Shown piece after piece: positions 26,633-35,630 of a DNA stretch of 64,000 nucleotides. Positions within the stretch are counted from its first letter, which is position 1; every line of letters starts with the position of its first letter. The DNA is from Planctomycetota bacterium (GTDB taxonomy: Bacteria > Planctomycetota > UBA11346), in assembly GCA_038231435.1 (NCBI GenBank), contig JBBRLJ010000030.1, positions 1 through 64,000 of the forward strand. The letters run 5' to 3'. Made by a program: the position numbers and the translations under genes. The notes beneath the pieces were generated by a model, which worked only from the letters and a program-made list of their open reading frames with translations, was not told where the DNA came from and ran no database searches.

Positions 26633-29362
26633 CTATTCCAATCCGGCCAACGTCTCCTTGAGATTCGCCAGCTCGACCTGCTCCTTCGCCAGCAGTCCCC
26701 TGGTATCGGCGACTTGTTCCGGCGGCGCTGCCCTGATGTAGTCCGCGTTCGCCAGGCGGCCCTGCTTGCCGGAGATGCTCTTCTCCTTGCCGGCGATCTG
26801 CTTGACCATGTTGGCCTTCAGCTTCTCGAGATCGATCACCCCCGACAACGCGACGTGCAGCTTCAGATCCCCGATGACCTCGGTGACGCTGGTCGCCGGC
26901 TTCGCCAGGCCGGCGCCGATCTCGATGCCGAGCAGATTGCCGCGATCGATGAGGAAGTCGCGGTGCGACGACAGCCCCTGCGCGCGCGTGGCGTCCGGTG
27001 CCGCGACGACGACCGTGAGCTTGGTGCCGTCGGGCAGGTTCTGCTGGTTCCGGATGTTCCGCACGGCGGTGACGATGCGCTGCAGCTCGTCCATGCGCGG
27101 CGCGATCATGGCGTCGGCGAACCGCGATTCGGGTTCGGGAAACTCAGAGACCATCAGGAACGACGTCCACGCGGCGCCGCCGGCGGTGGTCTGCAGCTGC
27201 TGCCACAGGTATTCGGTAATGAACGGCATGCCGGGGTGAAGCAGGCGCAGGACCTTGTCGACGGCGTACCACAGGACCGTGCCGGCGGCGGTGGCCGCCG
27301 GGCCGCCGGCCTTGAACTGGCGTTTCGCCCATTCGACGTACCAGTCGCAGAGGTCGTCGCGGAAGAAGCGGTAGCCGGCGTTGGCGTAGTCGTTGAAGCG
27401 GAACGCCTCGAGCGCGGACGAGCAGTCGGCGATGGCGGTCTGCAGACGGTCGAGCAGCCAGCGTTCCTCGAAGCCCAGCTGCAGGGCAGCGACGTCGGAT
27501 GCCGTCGGCGGTTTCGCGAGCGGGCGCTCGGAGAGGTTCATCAGCAGGAAGCGTCCGGCGTTCCACACCTTGTTGGCGAAATTTCGCCCGGTCTCGAACT
27601 TGGTCGGATTCAGCTTCAGGTCCTGACCTTCGGTGGTCATGTCCAGGAGCGTGTAGCGCAGCGCGTCGGCGCCGTAGCCAGAGCATTGGTAATCCTTGCC
27701 CAGATAGCGCTGCGTGCCGCCCTCGATCATCACCAGCGGATCGATGCCGTTGCCGAGCGACTTCGACATCTTGACCCCGCGCTCGTCGAGCACGGTGCCG
27801 TGGATGTACACGTCCGAGAACGGCTTCTTGTCGAGCGCGAACAGGCTCGCCATGACCATGCGCGCGACCCAGAAGTAGATGATGCCGCGATCGGTGACCA
27901 GGGTCGAGGTCGGGAAGTAGCGCGCGAGCTCGGGCGTGGCCTCGGGCCAGCCGAGGGTGCTGAAGGGCCACAGCGCCGACGAGAACCAGGTGTCGAGCAC
28001 GTCTGGATCCTGCGCCAGGTCGCGCGCGCCGCAGTGCGCGCACGTCGATGGAGCGTCGATGCCGACGGTGATCTGCTTGCAGGTGCCGCAATACCAGGCG
28101 GGGATGCGGTGCCCCCACCAGATCTGGCGCGAGATGCACCAGTCACGGACGTTCTCGAGCCAGTTGCAGTAGACCTTCGTCCAGCGCTCGGGGTGGAAGG
28201 CGACGGCTCCGCTGATCGTCTCGGGCAGAGCGCGCGCCGCGAGGGGGCCCATCTTCACGAACCACTGCTCGGTCACCATCGGCTCGATGGGCTCCTTCGA
28301 GCGCTCGCTGTGGCCCACTGCATGGGTGATGTCGGTGACGCCGAGCAGATCGCCCGATGCCTCGAGCTCCTTGAGCAGGGCCTTGCGGCAGGCGAAGCGG
28401 TCCATCCCGGCGAAGTGCTTGGCCTCGGCGGTCATGCGGCCATCGAAGCCGATGACCTGCAGCAGCCCGAGTTGGTGGCGCTTGCCGACCTCGTAGTCGT
28501 TCGGGTCGTGCGACGGAGTGATCTTCACCGCGCCGGTGCCCTTTTCGGGATCGGCGTGGTCGTCGGCGACGATGGGGATGTCGCGGCCGACGATCGGCAG
28601 GCGAACGCGCTTGCCGATCAGCGCGCGGTAGCGCTCGTCCTTCGCGTTCACCGCGACCGCGAGGTCGCCGAAGAAGGTCTCAGGCCGGGTGGTCTCGACC
28701 TGGATCTCGTCGACTCCGGCGATCGGGCCGCCGACCAGGCGGTAGCGCAGCTTCCACATGTGGCCCTGGACCTCCTGGACGATGACCTCGTCGTCGGAGA
28801 GCGCGGTCTTCAGCACCGTCGACCAGTTCACCATGCGCGTGCCGCGGTAGATCAGGCCAGCGTCGTAGAGGTTTTTGAACTGCGTGCGCACCGCGCGCGA
28901 CAGTCCCTCGTCCATGGTGAAGCGTTCACGGCTCCAGTCGCACGACGAGCCGAGCTTGCGCAGCTGGGTGGTGATGATGCCGCCGGACTGCTCCTTCCAC
29001 GCCCACACGCGTTCGATGAACCGGTCGCGGCCGAGCGCCTCGCGCGTGGTCGATTCCTCCTGCAGCTGCTTCGCGACCACGGCCTCGGTGGCGATGCCGG
29101 CGTGGTCGGTGCCGGGCTGCCACAGCGTGTCGAAACCCTGCATGCGCCGCCAGCGGATCAGCGTGTCCTGCAAGGCGTTGTTGAGCGCGTGGCCCATGTG
29201 CAGGACGCCGGTGACGTTCGGCGGCGGGATCGCGATCGCGTAGTGCGGCTTGCCCGGCCGCTTGCCGGCGCCCGCCTTGAAGCAACCGCCCTCTTCCCAG
29301 CGCCGGTAGACGTCGGACTCGATGGCTTTGGCGTCGTAGGATTTCGGCAGTTCGAGGGCCAT
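26633..29362 (-). CDS. valS: Valine--tRNA ligase
   Basis: PPPNVTGVLHMGH, DHAGIAT, TTRPET, DWCISRQIWWGHRIP, DVLDTWFSS, KMSKS, C-terminal coiled coil. Confidence 0.97.
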   Translation of the reverse strand: MALELPKSYDAKAIESDVYRRWEEGGCFKAGAGKRPGKPHYAIAIPPPNVTGVLHMGHALNNALQDTLIRWRRMQGFDTLWQPGTDHAGIATEAVVAKQLQEESTTREALGRDRFIERVWAWKEQSGGIITTQLRKLGSSCDWSRERFTMDEGLSRAVRTQFKNLYDAGLIYRGTRMVNWSTVLKTALSDDEVIVQEVQGHMWKLRYRLVGGPIAGVDEIQVETTRPETFFGDLAVAVNAKDERYRALIGKRVRLPIVGRDIPIVADDHADPEKGTGAVKITPSHDPNDYEVGKRHQLGLLQVIGFDGRMTAEAKHFAGMDRFACRKALLKELEASGDLLGVTDITHAVGHSERSKEPIEPMVTEQWFVKMGPLAARALPETISGAVAFHPERWTKVYCNWLENVRDWCISRQIWWGHRIPAWYCGTCKQITVGIDAPSTCAHCGARDLAQDPDVLDTWFSSALWPFSTLGWPEATPELARYFPTSTLVTDRGIIYFWVARMVMASLFALDKKPFSDVYIHGTVLDERGVKMSKSLGNGIDPLVMIEGGTQRYLGKDYQCSGYGADALRYTLLDMTTEGQDLKLNPTKFETGRNFANKVWNAGRFLLMNLSERPLAKPPTASDVAALQLGFEERWLLDRLQTAIADCSSALEAFRFNDYANAGYRFFRDDLCDWYVEWAKRQFKAGGPAATAAGTVLWYAVDKVLRLLHPGMPFITEYLWQQLQTTAGGAAWTSFLMVSEFPEPESRFADAMIAPRMDELQRIVTAVRNIRNQQNLPDGTKLTVVVAAPDATRAQGLSSHRDFLIDRGNLLGIEIGAGLAKPATSVTEVIGDLKLHVALSGVIDLEKLKANMVKQIAGKEKSISGKQGRLANADYIRAAPPEQVADTRGLLAKEQVELANLKETLAGLE

Positions 29363-29453
29363 GGGATTCCAATTCGAGGAGGCGGGAAAATCGTACGGAC
29401 AAATACGCGAGCAAAGAGCCGAATCGGAACATCTCCAGCCATCTCGGTTCCCC

Positions 29454-29506
29454 GCTTCCTGGGGGGCAGGCCGGAGGCCGATGTTGGGGGGCCGTAGTCC
29501 CCCAAC
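29454..29506 (+). repeat. REP/MITE-like palindromic element, copy 2
   Basis: GCTTCCTGGGGGGCAG + 10 nt + GATGTTGGGGGGCCGTAGTCCCCCAAC; inverted relative to 31616-31693. Confidence 0.8.
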
Positions 29507-29654
29507 AAAAAAACGGCCCGGAAAGGCCGCCTCGCGCGTTGAGCGAAGACGCCTCCCGGTCAGGTGGTGACGACTACCGATACCGAGGTTGGCGCGCGCA
29601 TGACCGGGACGCTATCGCCCTCGTGCGACGCGACAAGCCCGCGGGACCGCTCCC

Positions 29655-30056
29655 TCAATTGCCCCAGCCCTTCATCGGCCGCCCATGGCTGTTGGCGTCG
29701 CGCTTGACCCAATCTGCTGGCGCCACGACCACGCGATCGCCGGCGCGCGGCGGCTTCTTGCCGACGTTCCATTCGTCATAGGGCAGCGTCATGGTCTCAC
29801 CCTGGTGGGGGCCGCTCAAGACCTCGACCTCGATCAGATGGCTGACGTTCTCGTCGCGGTCGACGTCCATGCCCTCGGCGACCTGGTCCCAGACCTTGAC
29901 GACGCGCATCTCGCGCGGCTCGGTGTCCTGGATGGCCTTGGCGCGCGGCGTCGGGGCCACGCGCGGGCTGTTGCAGCCGACGAGGCCGCCGGAAACGCAT
30001 GCGGCGATGGCCACGAGCAGGAAGGCGTGGGAGATGAGGATCAGGATCCGCCGCAT
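29655..30056 (-). CDS. Small hypothetical lipoprotein
   Basis: MRRILILISHAFLL...LVGC lipobox; short beta-rich mature domain. Confidence 0.65.
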   Translation of the reverse strand: MRRILILISHAFLLVAIAACVSGGLVGCNSPRVAPTPRAKAIQDTEPREMRVVKVWDQVAEGMDVDRDENVSHLIEVEVLSGPHQGETMTLPYDEWNVGKKPPRAGDRVVVAPADWVKRDANSHGRPMKGWGN

Positions 30057-30174
30057 GTGTTCAGTCTTTTCTTGAGTTCGCCCGCTGCCAACCGATAAGT
30101 GCCCCCCGCCCTCGTCCCGAGGAGGGTACCCGACCCTCCGCCGACCCGCACGGTCCATCTGCATCAGGAAGTCC

Positions 30175-31599
30175 ATGTCCCACGATCCGCTTTCCCAGTC
30201 CAGCTCCAAGGCCAATGCCGGTTCCCATGCAGGAAGCGCGATCGGCTCGGCCCATGGCGCTGGCGCCATGAACGGCGTCGCCCAATCGCTCAACCCGATC
30301 GCCGAGCAGGCCAACGCCGCCTTGGCCAAGGACTGCCCCGTGGTGCTGTCGCTGCTGAGCCAGCTGGGCAGGCGCATGTACTTCCCGACCAAGGGCATCC
30401 TCGCCCAGGGAGCCGAGGCCAAGGCCAAGGCCAAGCGCTACAACGCCACCATCGGCATCGCCACCGAGGGCGGCGGCCCCATGCACCTGGCGAGCGTGCA
30501 CGAGTGCTTCGCACCGTCGATGAAGCCGGCTGACCTCTACAGCTACGCGCCGTCGGACGGCAAGCCCGAGCTGCGCAAGGCCTGGGCCGAGAAGCAGCGC
30601 GCCGAGACCCCGTCGCTCGCCGGCCACCCGACCAGCCTGCCGGTGGTCACCAACGCGCTGACCCATGGGCTGTCGTTGCTCGGCGACCTGTTCCTCGACG
30701 CCGGCGACGAGGTGCTGGTCACCGACCTGATGTGGGAGAACTATCCGCTCTGCTGGGAGACCCGCCAGGGCGCGCGCATCGTCACCTTTCCACTCTTCGA
30801 CAAGCGTCTTTCCGGATTCAATCAGGACGGTTTCATGCAGGCGCTCGCCGCGCGGCGCGGCAAGAAGCTGGTGGTGGTGCTGAACTTCCCGAACAACCCC
30901 TCGGGTTACAGCCCCACCCGCGGCGAGGCGGGCGCGATCGTCAACGCGCTGATCGCCGCGGCCGAGGCCGGCACGCGGCTGGTGGTGGCATGCGACGACG
31001 CATACTACGGCATGTTCTTCGACGAGCAGGTCGAGAAGGAGAGCCTGTTCGGCCGTCTCGCGCGCGCCCACGACAACCTGCTCGCGGTCAAGATCGATGG
31101 CGCCACCAAGGAGGAGTTCGTCTGGGGCCTGCGCGTCGGGTTCCTCACCTATGCGGTGAAGAACGGCACGCCCGCGGTCTACACCGCGCTTGAGCAGAAG
31201 ACCGGCGGCCTGATCCGCGCCACCATCTCGAACGTCAGCCACGCCAGCCAATCGATCGTGCTGCGCGCCCTGACCCATCCGGATTTCCGCAAGCAGCAGG
31301 CCGAGAAGGTCGAGATCCTGCGCCGCCGCGCCGCGGTGTGCGCGATCGAGAGCCGCAAGCCCGAATACGCCGACTGCTGGGACGTCTATCCGTTCAACGC
31401 CGGCTACTTCATGTGCGTGCGCGTGAAGGGCGTGAAGGCCGACGCGGTGCGCCTGCGCCTGCTCGACGAGCACGGACTCGGGACCATTGCGCTGGGCGAG
31501 ACCGAGCTGCGCGTGGCGTTCTCGTGCCTCACCGAGGAGCAGATTCCGGACGTCTTCGCGCGCATCGCTCAGGGCGTGCGCTCGACTCGCGGCTCTTAG
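30175..31599 (+). CDS. PLP-dependent aminotransferase class I/II
   Basis: LNFPNNPSGYSP, ACDDAYYG, IDGATKEEFVWGLRVG (PLP lysine), FNAGYF, LRVAFS. Start may be ATG 30268. Confidence 0.9.
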   Translation: MSHDPLSQSSSKANAGSHAGSAIGSAHGAGAMNGVAQSLNPIAEQANAALAKDCPVVLSLLSQLGRRMYFPTKGILAQGAEAKAKAKRYNATIGIATEGGGPMHLASVHECFAPSMKPADLYSYAPSDGKPELRKAWAEKQRAETPSLAGHPTSLPVVTNALTHGLSLLGDLFLDAGDEVLVTDLMWENYPLCWETRQGARIVTFPLFDKRLSGFNQDGFMQALAARRGKKLVVVLNFPNNPSGYSPTRGEAGAIVNALIAAAEAGTRLVVACDDAYYGMFFDEQVEKESLFGRLARAHDNLLAVKIDGATKEEFVWGLRVGFLTYAVKNGTPAVYTALEQKTGGLIRATISNVSHASQSIVLRALTHPDFRKQQAEKVEILRRRAAVCAIESRKPEYADCWDVYPFNAGYFMCVRVKGVKADAVRLRLLDEHGLGTIALGETELRVAFSCLTEEQIPDVFARIAQGVRSTRGS

Positions 31600-31615
31600 T
31601 TGGGGGCTGCTTTCA

Positions 31616-31693
31616 GTTGGGGGGCTACGGCCCCCCAACATCGCGCTGCCCCTACCGACCGGGGCCTTACGCCGCCGCTGCCCCCCAGGAAGC
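31616..31693 (-). repeat. REP/MITE-like palindromic element, copy 3 (inverted)
   Basis: Reverse complement matches copy 2 at 26/27 and 16/16 in two blocks separated by a different 35-nt spacer. Confidence 0.8.
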
Positions 31694-31795
31694 CGGAAAT
31701 CTGAAGGTTTGGCGGCTTGGTGCCGCGAAGAGCGAAGAACGCATGCGACCGCGGGCTTCGGTTGTCCCGCTCAGGGCGACGAGGTAGAGTCGGGC

Positions 31796-32434
31796 ATGGC
31801 CGAGGTGCAGGGTTCGCGCATCGGGCGGGTGGGGTCGCTGGTCGCGTCGGTGTTCGCGGTGGTGGTGGGATTCGCGGTGGTGTGGCGGTGGCCATCGGCG
31901 GAGGCGGCGCGACCGTCGTTGCCGGAATCGTGTCAGGCGGCGCTGCGGGACATCGCCACCACCAGGGTGGTGATGAAGATGGTCGCGCTCGGCGGTTACG
32001 AGGAGGAGGGGGTCATCCGCTGGACCTCGGCCAAGGACGAGGTGGTGTGCTCGAGTCGGGTCGATGTCGATTTCGGCGTACCCATCGCCCGGTTGAGCCC
32101 CGACCGCTTCGTGCGCGACGGCGCCAAGCTGCTCATCCGCCTGCCGACGCCGACCGTGCTCGAGCCGGGCTTCCGTGTTTCGGATTCCCGCATCCTGGAT
32201 CAGCGTACAAACCGCTGGCTCAGCGAACCAAAATACGTCTCGGCGCTGCTCGCCGCCCAGCGCCAGGCGCTCGCCGACGCGCCGGGCCGGGTTAAGGCGC
32301 TCGGCGTCGATCTGGAAGTGCGCGATTGCACGCGACGGTTGCTCGAACACCTGGTGCCCGAGATCCTCGGCGAGCCTTCCCTGCGCGTCGAGGTTCGCTT
32401 CGACGACGAGCCGCCGCCGAAGGGCACCACGTGA
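31796..32434 (+). CDS. DUF4230-like membrane-anchored protein
   Basis: N-terminal TM; VDVDFGVPI...LLIRLPTPTVLE pattern followed by helices and a terminal VEVRF strand. Confidence 0.6.
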   Translation: MAEVQGSRIGRVGSLVASVFAVVVGFAVVWRWPSAEAARPSLPESCQAALRDIATTRVVMKMVALGGYEEEGVIRWTSAKDEVVCSSRVDVDFGVPIARLSPDRFVRDGAKLLIRLPTPTVLEPGFRVSDSRILDQRTNRWLSEPKYVSALLAAQRQALADAPGRVKALGVDLEVRDCTRRLLEHLVPEILGEPSLRVEVRFDDEPPPKGTT

Positions 32435-33000
32435 GCATGCGCCATCTGGCGGTGATGCTGACGCTCGGACTCGCGGCGGGCCTCGGCGCGCGCGCCCTGG
32501 CTGCGCACCACCCGCCGCGTTCGACGGGCGCCACCCTGTCGGCGAGCCTGGAGCGCATCACCGGCTTGGCCGAACTCAGGCTGCTGCGCACCGAGCTGAG
32601 CTCGTTCCAGTGCGCAACTAGCCCGAGCGGGTTCGGCGGCGTGAAGGCGGTGGTGCCGGTGACCGTGGTGCTCGGCATCGATCTGAGGCTGGTCAAGGTG
32701 ATCCCGGCGGGGGACGACGTGGTGGTGGTGGTGCCGATGGCGCGCGTGCTCGATCACAGCACCGATCATGGCCGTTGGCTCATTTGGGAGGAACTCGGCG
32801 GCAATCTGGAGGGGGCTGAACTCGAACGGTTGCTGACGGCCCAGGCGATCCATTCCGCGCAAGAGGATATCCAACGTCTCGGCCTGATGGCCATCGCCCA
32901 GCGTGAAGCCGAGTCGGCGGTGAAGGAATTGGCGGTCGCGATCGGATTCGCCGGAGGCCACGTGCGCGTGGTGTCGAGATCCGCGGCTCCGACGTTGTAA
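32431..33000 (+). CDS. DUF4230-like membrane-anchored protein (second copy)
   Basis: N-terminal TM; LAEL; VTVVLGIDL...VVVVVPMARVLD; AQREAESAVKEL...GF...VRV. GTGA overlap. Confidence 0.6.
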   Translation: MSMRHLAVMLTLGLAAGLGARALAAHHPPRSTGATLSASLERITGLAELRLLRTELSSFQCATSPSGFGGVKAVVPVTVVLGIDLRLVKVIPAGDDVVVVVPMARVLDHSTDHGRWLIWEELGGNLEGAELERLLTAQAIHSAQEDIQRLGLMAIAQREAESAVKELAVAIGFAGGHVRVVSRSAAPTL

Positions 33001-33109
33001 GACGCTCATCAGGCGCCGATCGATCATCGGCTCGCCTTGCGAGAGTGATGCGAGAGAGTGATGCGAGAATGATGAAAAAGAGTCATGCGGGAGTACGGAG
33101 ACATGTGAC

Positions 33110-33144
33110 AACAAAAGACCCGGCGCTGGTGAGCGCCGGGTCTT
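33110..33144 (-). terminator. Intrinsic terminator of the RRM gene
   Basis: 13-bp stem AAGACCCGGCGCT-GGTG-AGCGCCGGGTCTT with a T-rich tail on the minus strand. Confidence 0.75.
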
Positions 33145-33166
33145 CATCGGTCGAGGTATTCGACGT

Positions 33167-33520
33167 TCAGCGATCGCGGCTGTAGCCGCCGCCGCCGCCG
33201 CCGCCTTCGCGACGACCCCCGCCGCCGCCGCCGCCGCCCATGCCACCCCCGCCGCCGCCGCCGCCGCCGCCGCCAGCCTGGCGTGGTTCGGCTTCGCGGA
33301 CGCGCAGCGCGCGACCATCGCAATCGGCGCCGTTGAGCGCGTTGATCGCGGCCGTGCCTTCATTGGCATTGGTCATGGTGACGAATCCGAAACCGCGGCT
33401 GCGGCCGGTATCGCGGTCCATGACGACCTTCGCGCGCTCGACCTTGCCGTGCGCACCGAAGAGCTGCGTGAGCCCTTCATCGTTGATGGACCAGGGGAGA
33501 TTGCCGACGTAGAGTTCCAC
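33167..33520 (-). CDS. RNA-recognition-motif (RRM) RNA-binding protein with Gly-rich tail
   Basis: RNP2 LYVGNL, RNP1 RGFGFVTM, LRVREA; GTG start with GAGGA RBS. Confidence 0.92.
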   Translation of the reverse strand: MELYVGNLPWSINDEGLTQLFGAHGKVERAKVVMDRDTGRSRGFGFVTMTNANEGTAAINALNGADCDGRALRVREAEPRQAGGGGGGGGGGGMGGGGGGGGRREGGGGGGGYSRDR

Positions 33521-33724
33521 AGATATCCTCGGATAGGCGCGGCGCGCCACAGGTGAACGGGGTGCGATCGCTCCCCGATGAGACCTGCGCGCGCGGATGC
33601 GCACGCAGGACAGTCCGCGCGAAATTGCGCAGACGGTGACTCGGGAGTATGTCGGATCAGCGCCCATTCCAAGGGAAATGTAGCCATCACTTGTGCTGCA
33701 GACGACGGAGACAGACGCGCCTGT

Positions 33725-35539
33725 TCAGGTCGCGAGCTGCTGCAGTCGCACCAGGCGCGCGTACTCGCCGTCGCTGCCGACCAGGCCCAGATGCGAGCCC
33801 TGTTCGAGAACCGTGCCCCTGCGGGGATCATCTTTTCCGGCAAGGACATAGATCAGGTCGGCGTGCTGGATGGTGGCCAGCCGGTGGGCCACCACGATCG
33901 TCGTGCGACCGCGCATCAGCTCCTGCAGCGCCTCCTGCACGTGACGTTCGCTATCCGCGTCTAGCGCGCTGGTCGGCTCATCGAGCAGCAGGATTGGCGC
34001 ATCGCGCAGCAGCGCCCGGGCGATCGCGACGCGCTGGCGCTGGCCGCCAGAGAGCCGTCCACCGCGATCGCCGACCGGGGTCTCGTACCCCAACCCGCCC
34101 TCGAGGCCGAGGATCGCGTCGTGCACGTGGGCGCGCCTGGCCGCTTCCTCGACCTGCTCACGGCTCGCGCCGGGGCGGCCGTAGGCGATGTTCGCGTAGA
34201 CGGTGTCGTTGAAGAGGAAGCTGTCCTGCTGGACGATCGCGACGTTGTGCACCAGGCTTTCGACCTGGTAGTCGCGGATGTCCACGCCATCGATGGCGAT
34301 GCGTCCGCCGGTGACGTCATGGAAGCGCGGGATGAGATCGAGCAGCGTCGATTTCCCAGAACCGGATTCGCCGACCAGCGCCACCGTCTTGCCGACCGGG
34401 ATCTCGAGATCGAGGCCGCGCAGTACGTCGTCCGAGTCGGGGGCGTAGCGGAAGCGCACGCCTTCGATGGTGATGGCCTTGCGCGGCGGGGGGCAGGGAA
34501 TCGCTCCGTTGCGATCGGTGATCCGGCTCGGCCGATCGAGCACCGCGTAGACGCGTTCGACCGCGGGCAGGCGCTCCTGCGCATCGCCCCAACCGCGCTG
34601 GACTTCGCGCATCACCGTGATCAGGCGGGCCAGCACGCCGAGGAACATGATCAGCTTCATCGGCTCGATGCCGCCGTAGCTGTACAGCACCGCCCCGGTG
34701 ACGATGCCAGCGCCGACCAGGGCGAAGATCGCGCCCTGGGTCAATGCGTCGGATTGCGCGCGCGCGCGGGCGACGCGCATGTTGTCGTCGAACAGCGCGC
34801 GGTTGTTGCCGGCGTAATGCGCGATCTCGCGCTCCGAGCTGCCCATCGCCTTGATCACGCGGATGCCAGCGGTCACCTGCTCGAGGGCGCTGAAATTTCG
34901 CGCCAGCGTCTGCCGCGCCTTGTGCGAGCGGTCGCGGGTGCGGCGCAGCACCGGCGCGATCGCCGCCGTGGCGACCGCCAGCACTGCTAGCACCCCGAGT
35001 CCCATGCGCCAGTCGAAGAACAGCAGCGCCGCGACCCAGCCGAGGCCTTCGAGGGGCCGCTGCAGCAGGCGGCCGTACAGCACCTGCTGCAAGCCGAGCA
35101 TGTTCTCGAGATCGGCGGTCAGGCGGGTCAGCAGATCGCCGCGGCTGAGCTCGCCGTGGAAGGCGAGGTCGAGCCGCGTCAGGTGCGCCACCATCTGATC
35201 GCGCAGGTCCATCATGCAGCGATTGGCGACCCACTGACCCGACCACCACGAGCAGTAGCCGCAGATCGCGGCGATCGGCGCCATCAGCAGCACCTTGGCG
35301 CCCAGCGCCTCGATGCTGCCGATCGAGCCGCCCTGCTTGATCAGTTCGGGGATCTTGGTCACGATCTGCCACAGCAGCGTGCCCATCAACCCGCCCATCG
35401 CCGCGGTACTGGCGATGGTCAGGGCGATCATCCACTTGTAGCGCCACCCCTGGATGAGGATGCGGCGGATCACGGCCAGGTCCCTAGCTGCGGAAATCTC
35501 GGCCAAAAGGTCGCTCCAGGCCGTTCGGGCCAGAGGCAT
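33725..35539 (-). CDS. ABC exporter, fused permease/ATPase (MsbA-like)
   Basis: TM domain; GESGSGKS, LSGGQRQR, LLLDEPTSALD, VAHRL. Start at ATG 35539 inferred. Confidence 0.9.
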   Translation of the reverse strand: MPLARTAWSDLLAEISAARDLAVIRRILIQGWRYKWMIALTIASTAAMGGLMGTLLWQIVTKIPELIKQGGSIGSIEALGAKVLLMAPIAAICGYCSWWSGQWVANRCMMDLRDQMVAHLTRLDLAFHGELSRGDLLTRLTADLENMLGLQQVLYGRLLQRPLEGLGWVAALLFFDWRMGLGVLAVLAVATAAIAPVLRRTRDRSHKARQTLARNFSALEQVTAGIRVIKAMGSSEREIAHYAGNNRALFDDNMRVARARAQSDALTQGAIFALVGAGIVTGAVLYSYGGIEPMKLIMFLGVLARLITVMREVQRGWGDAQERLPAVERVYAVLDRPSRITDRNGAIPCPPPRKAITIEGVRFRYAPDSDDVLRGLDLEIPVGKTVALVGESGSGKSTLLDLIPRFHDVTGGRIAIDGVDIRDYQVESLVHNVAIVQQDSFLFNDTVYANIAYGRPGASREQVEEAARRAHVHDAILGLEGGLGYETPVGDRGGRLSGGQRQRVAIARALLRDAPILLLDEPTSALDADSERHVQEALQELMRGRTTIVVAHRLATIQHADLIYVLAGKDDPRRGTVLEQGSHLGLVGSDGEYARLVRLQQLAT

Positions 35540-35630
35540 GGTAGTCCGGCAGCGCTGCGTTTCCATGAGGGACGCTTGCCCGGTGGGCCACGGCTCCACA
35601 CTCCGATCCCTCTGTCGTGAAAGGATCTCG

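Noticed and set aside
26714..29497. 927-aa plus-strand ORF and similar long antisense ORFs (e.g. 51225-53588, 30061-31641, 17898-19634)
   Set aside because: Shadow frames opposite well-supported genes, expected at high GC; no recognisable motifs.
33184..33275. (GCC)n tracts
   Set aside because: They encode the poly-Gly tail of the RRM protein, typical for this family.
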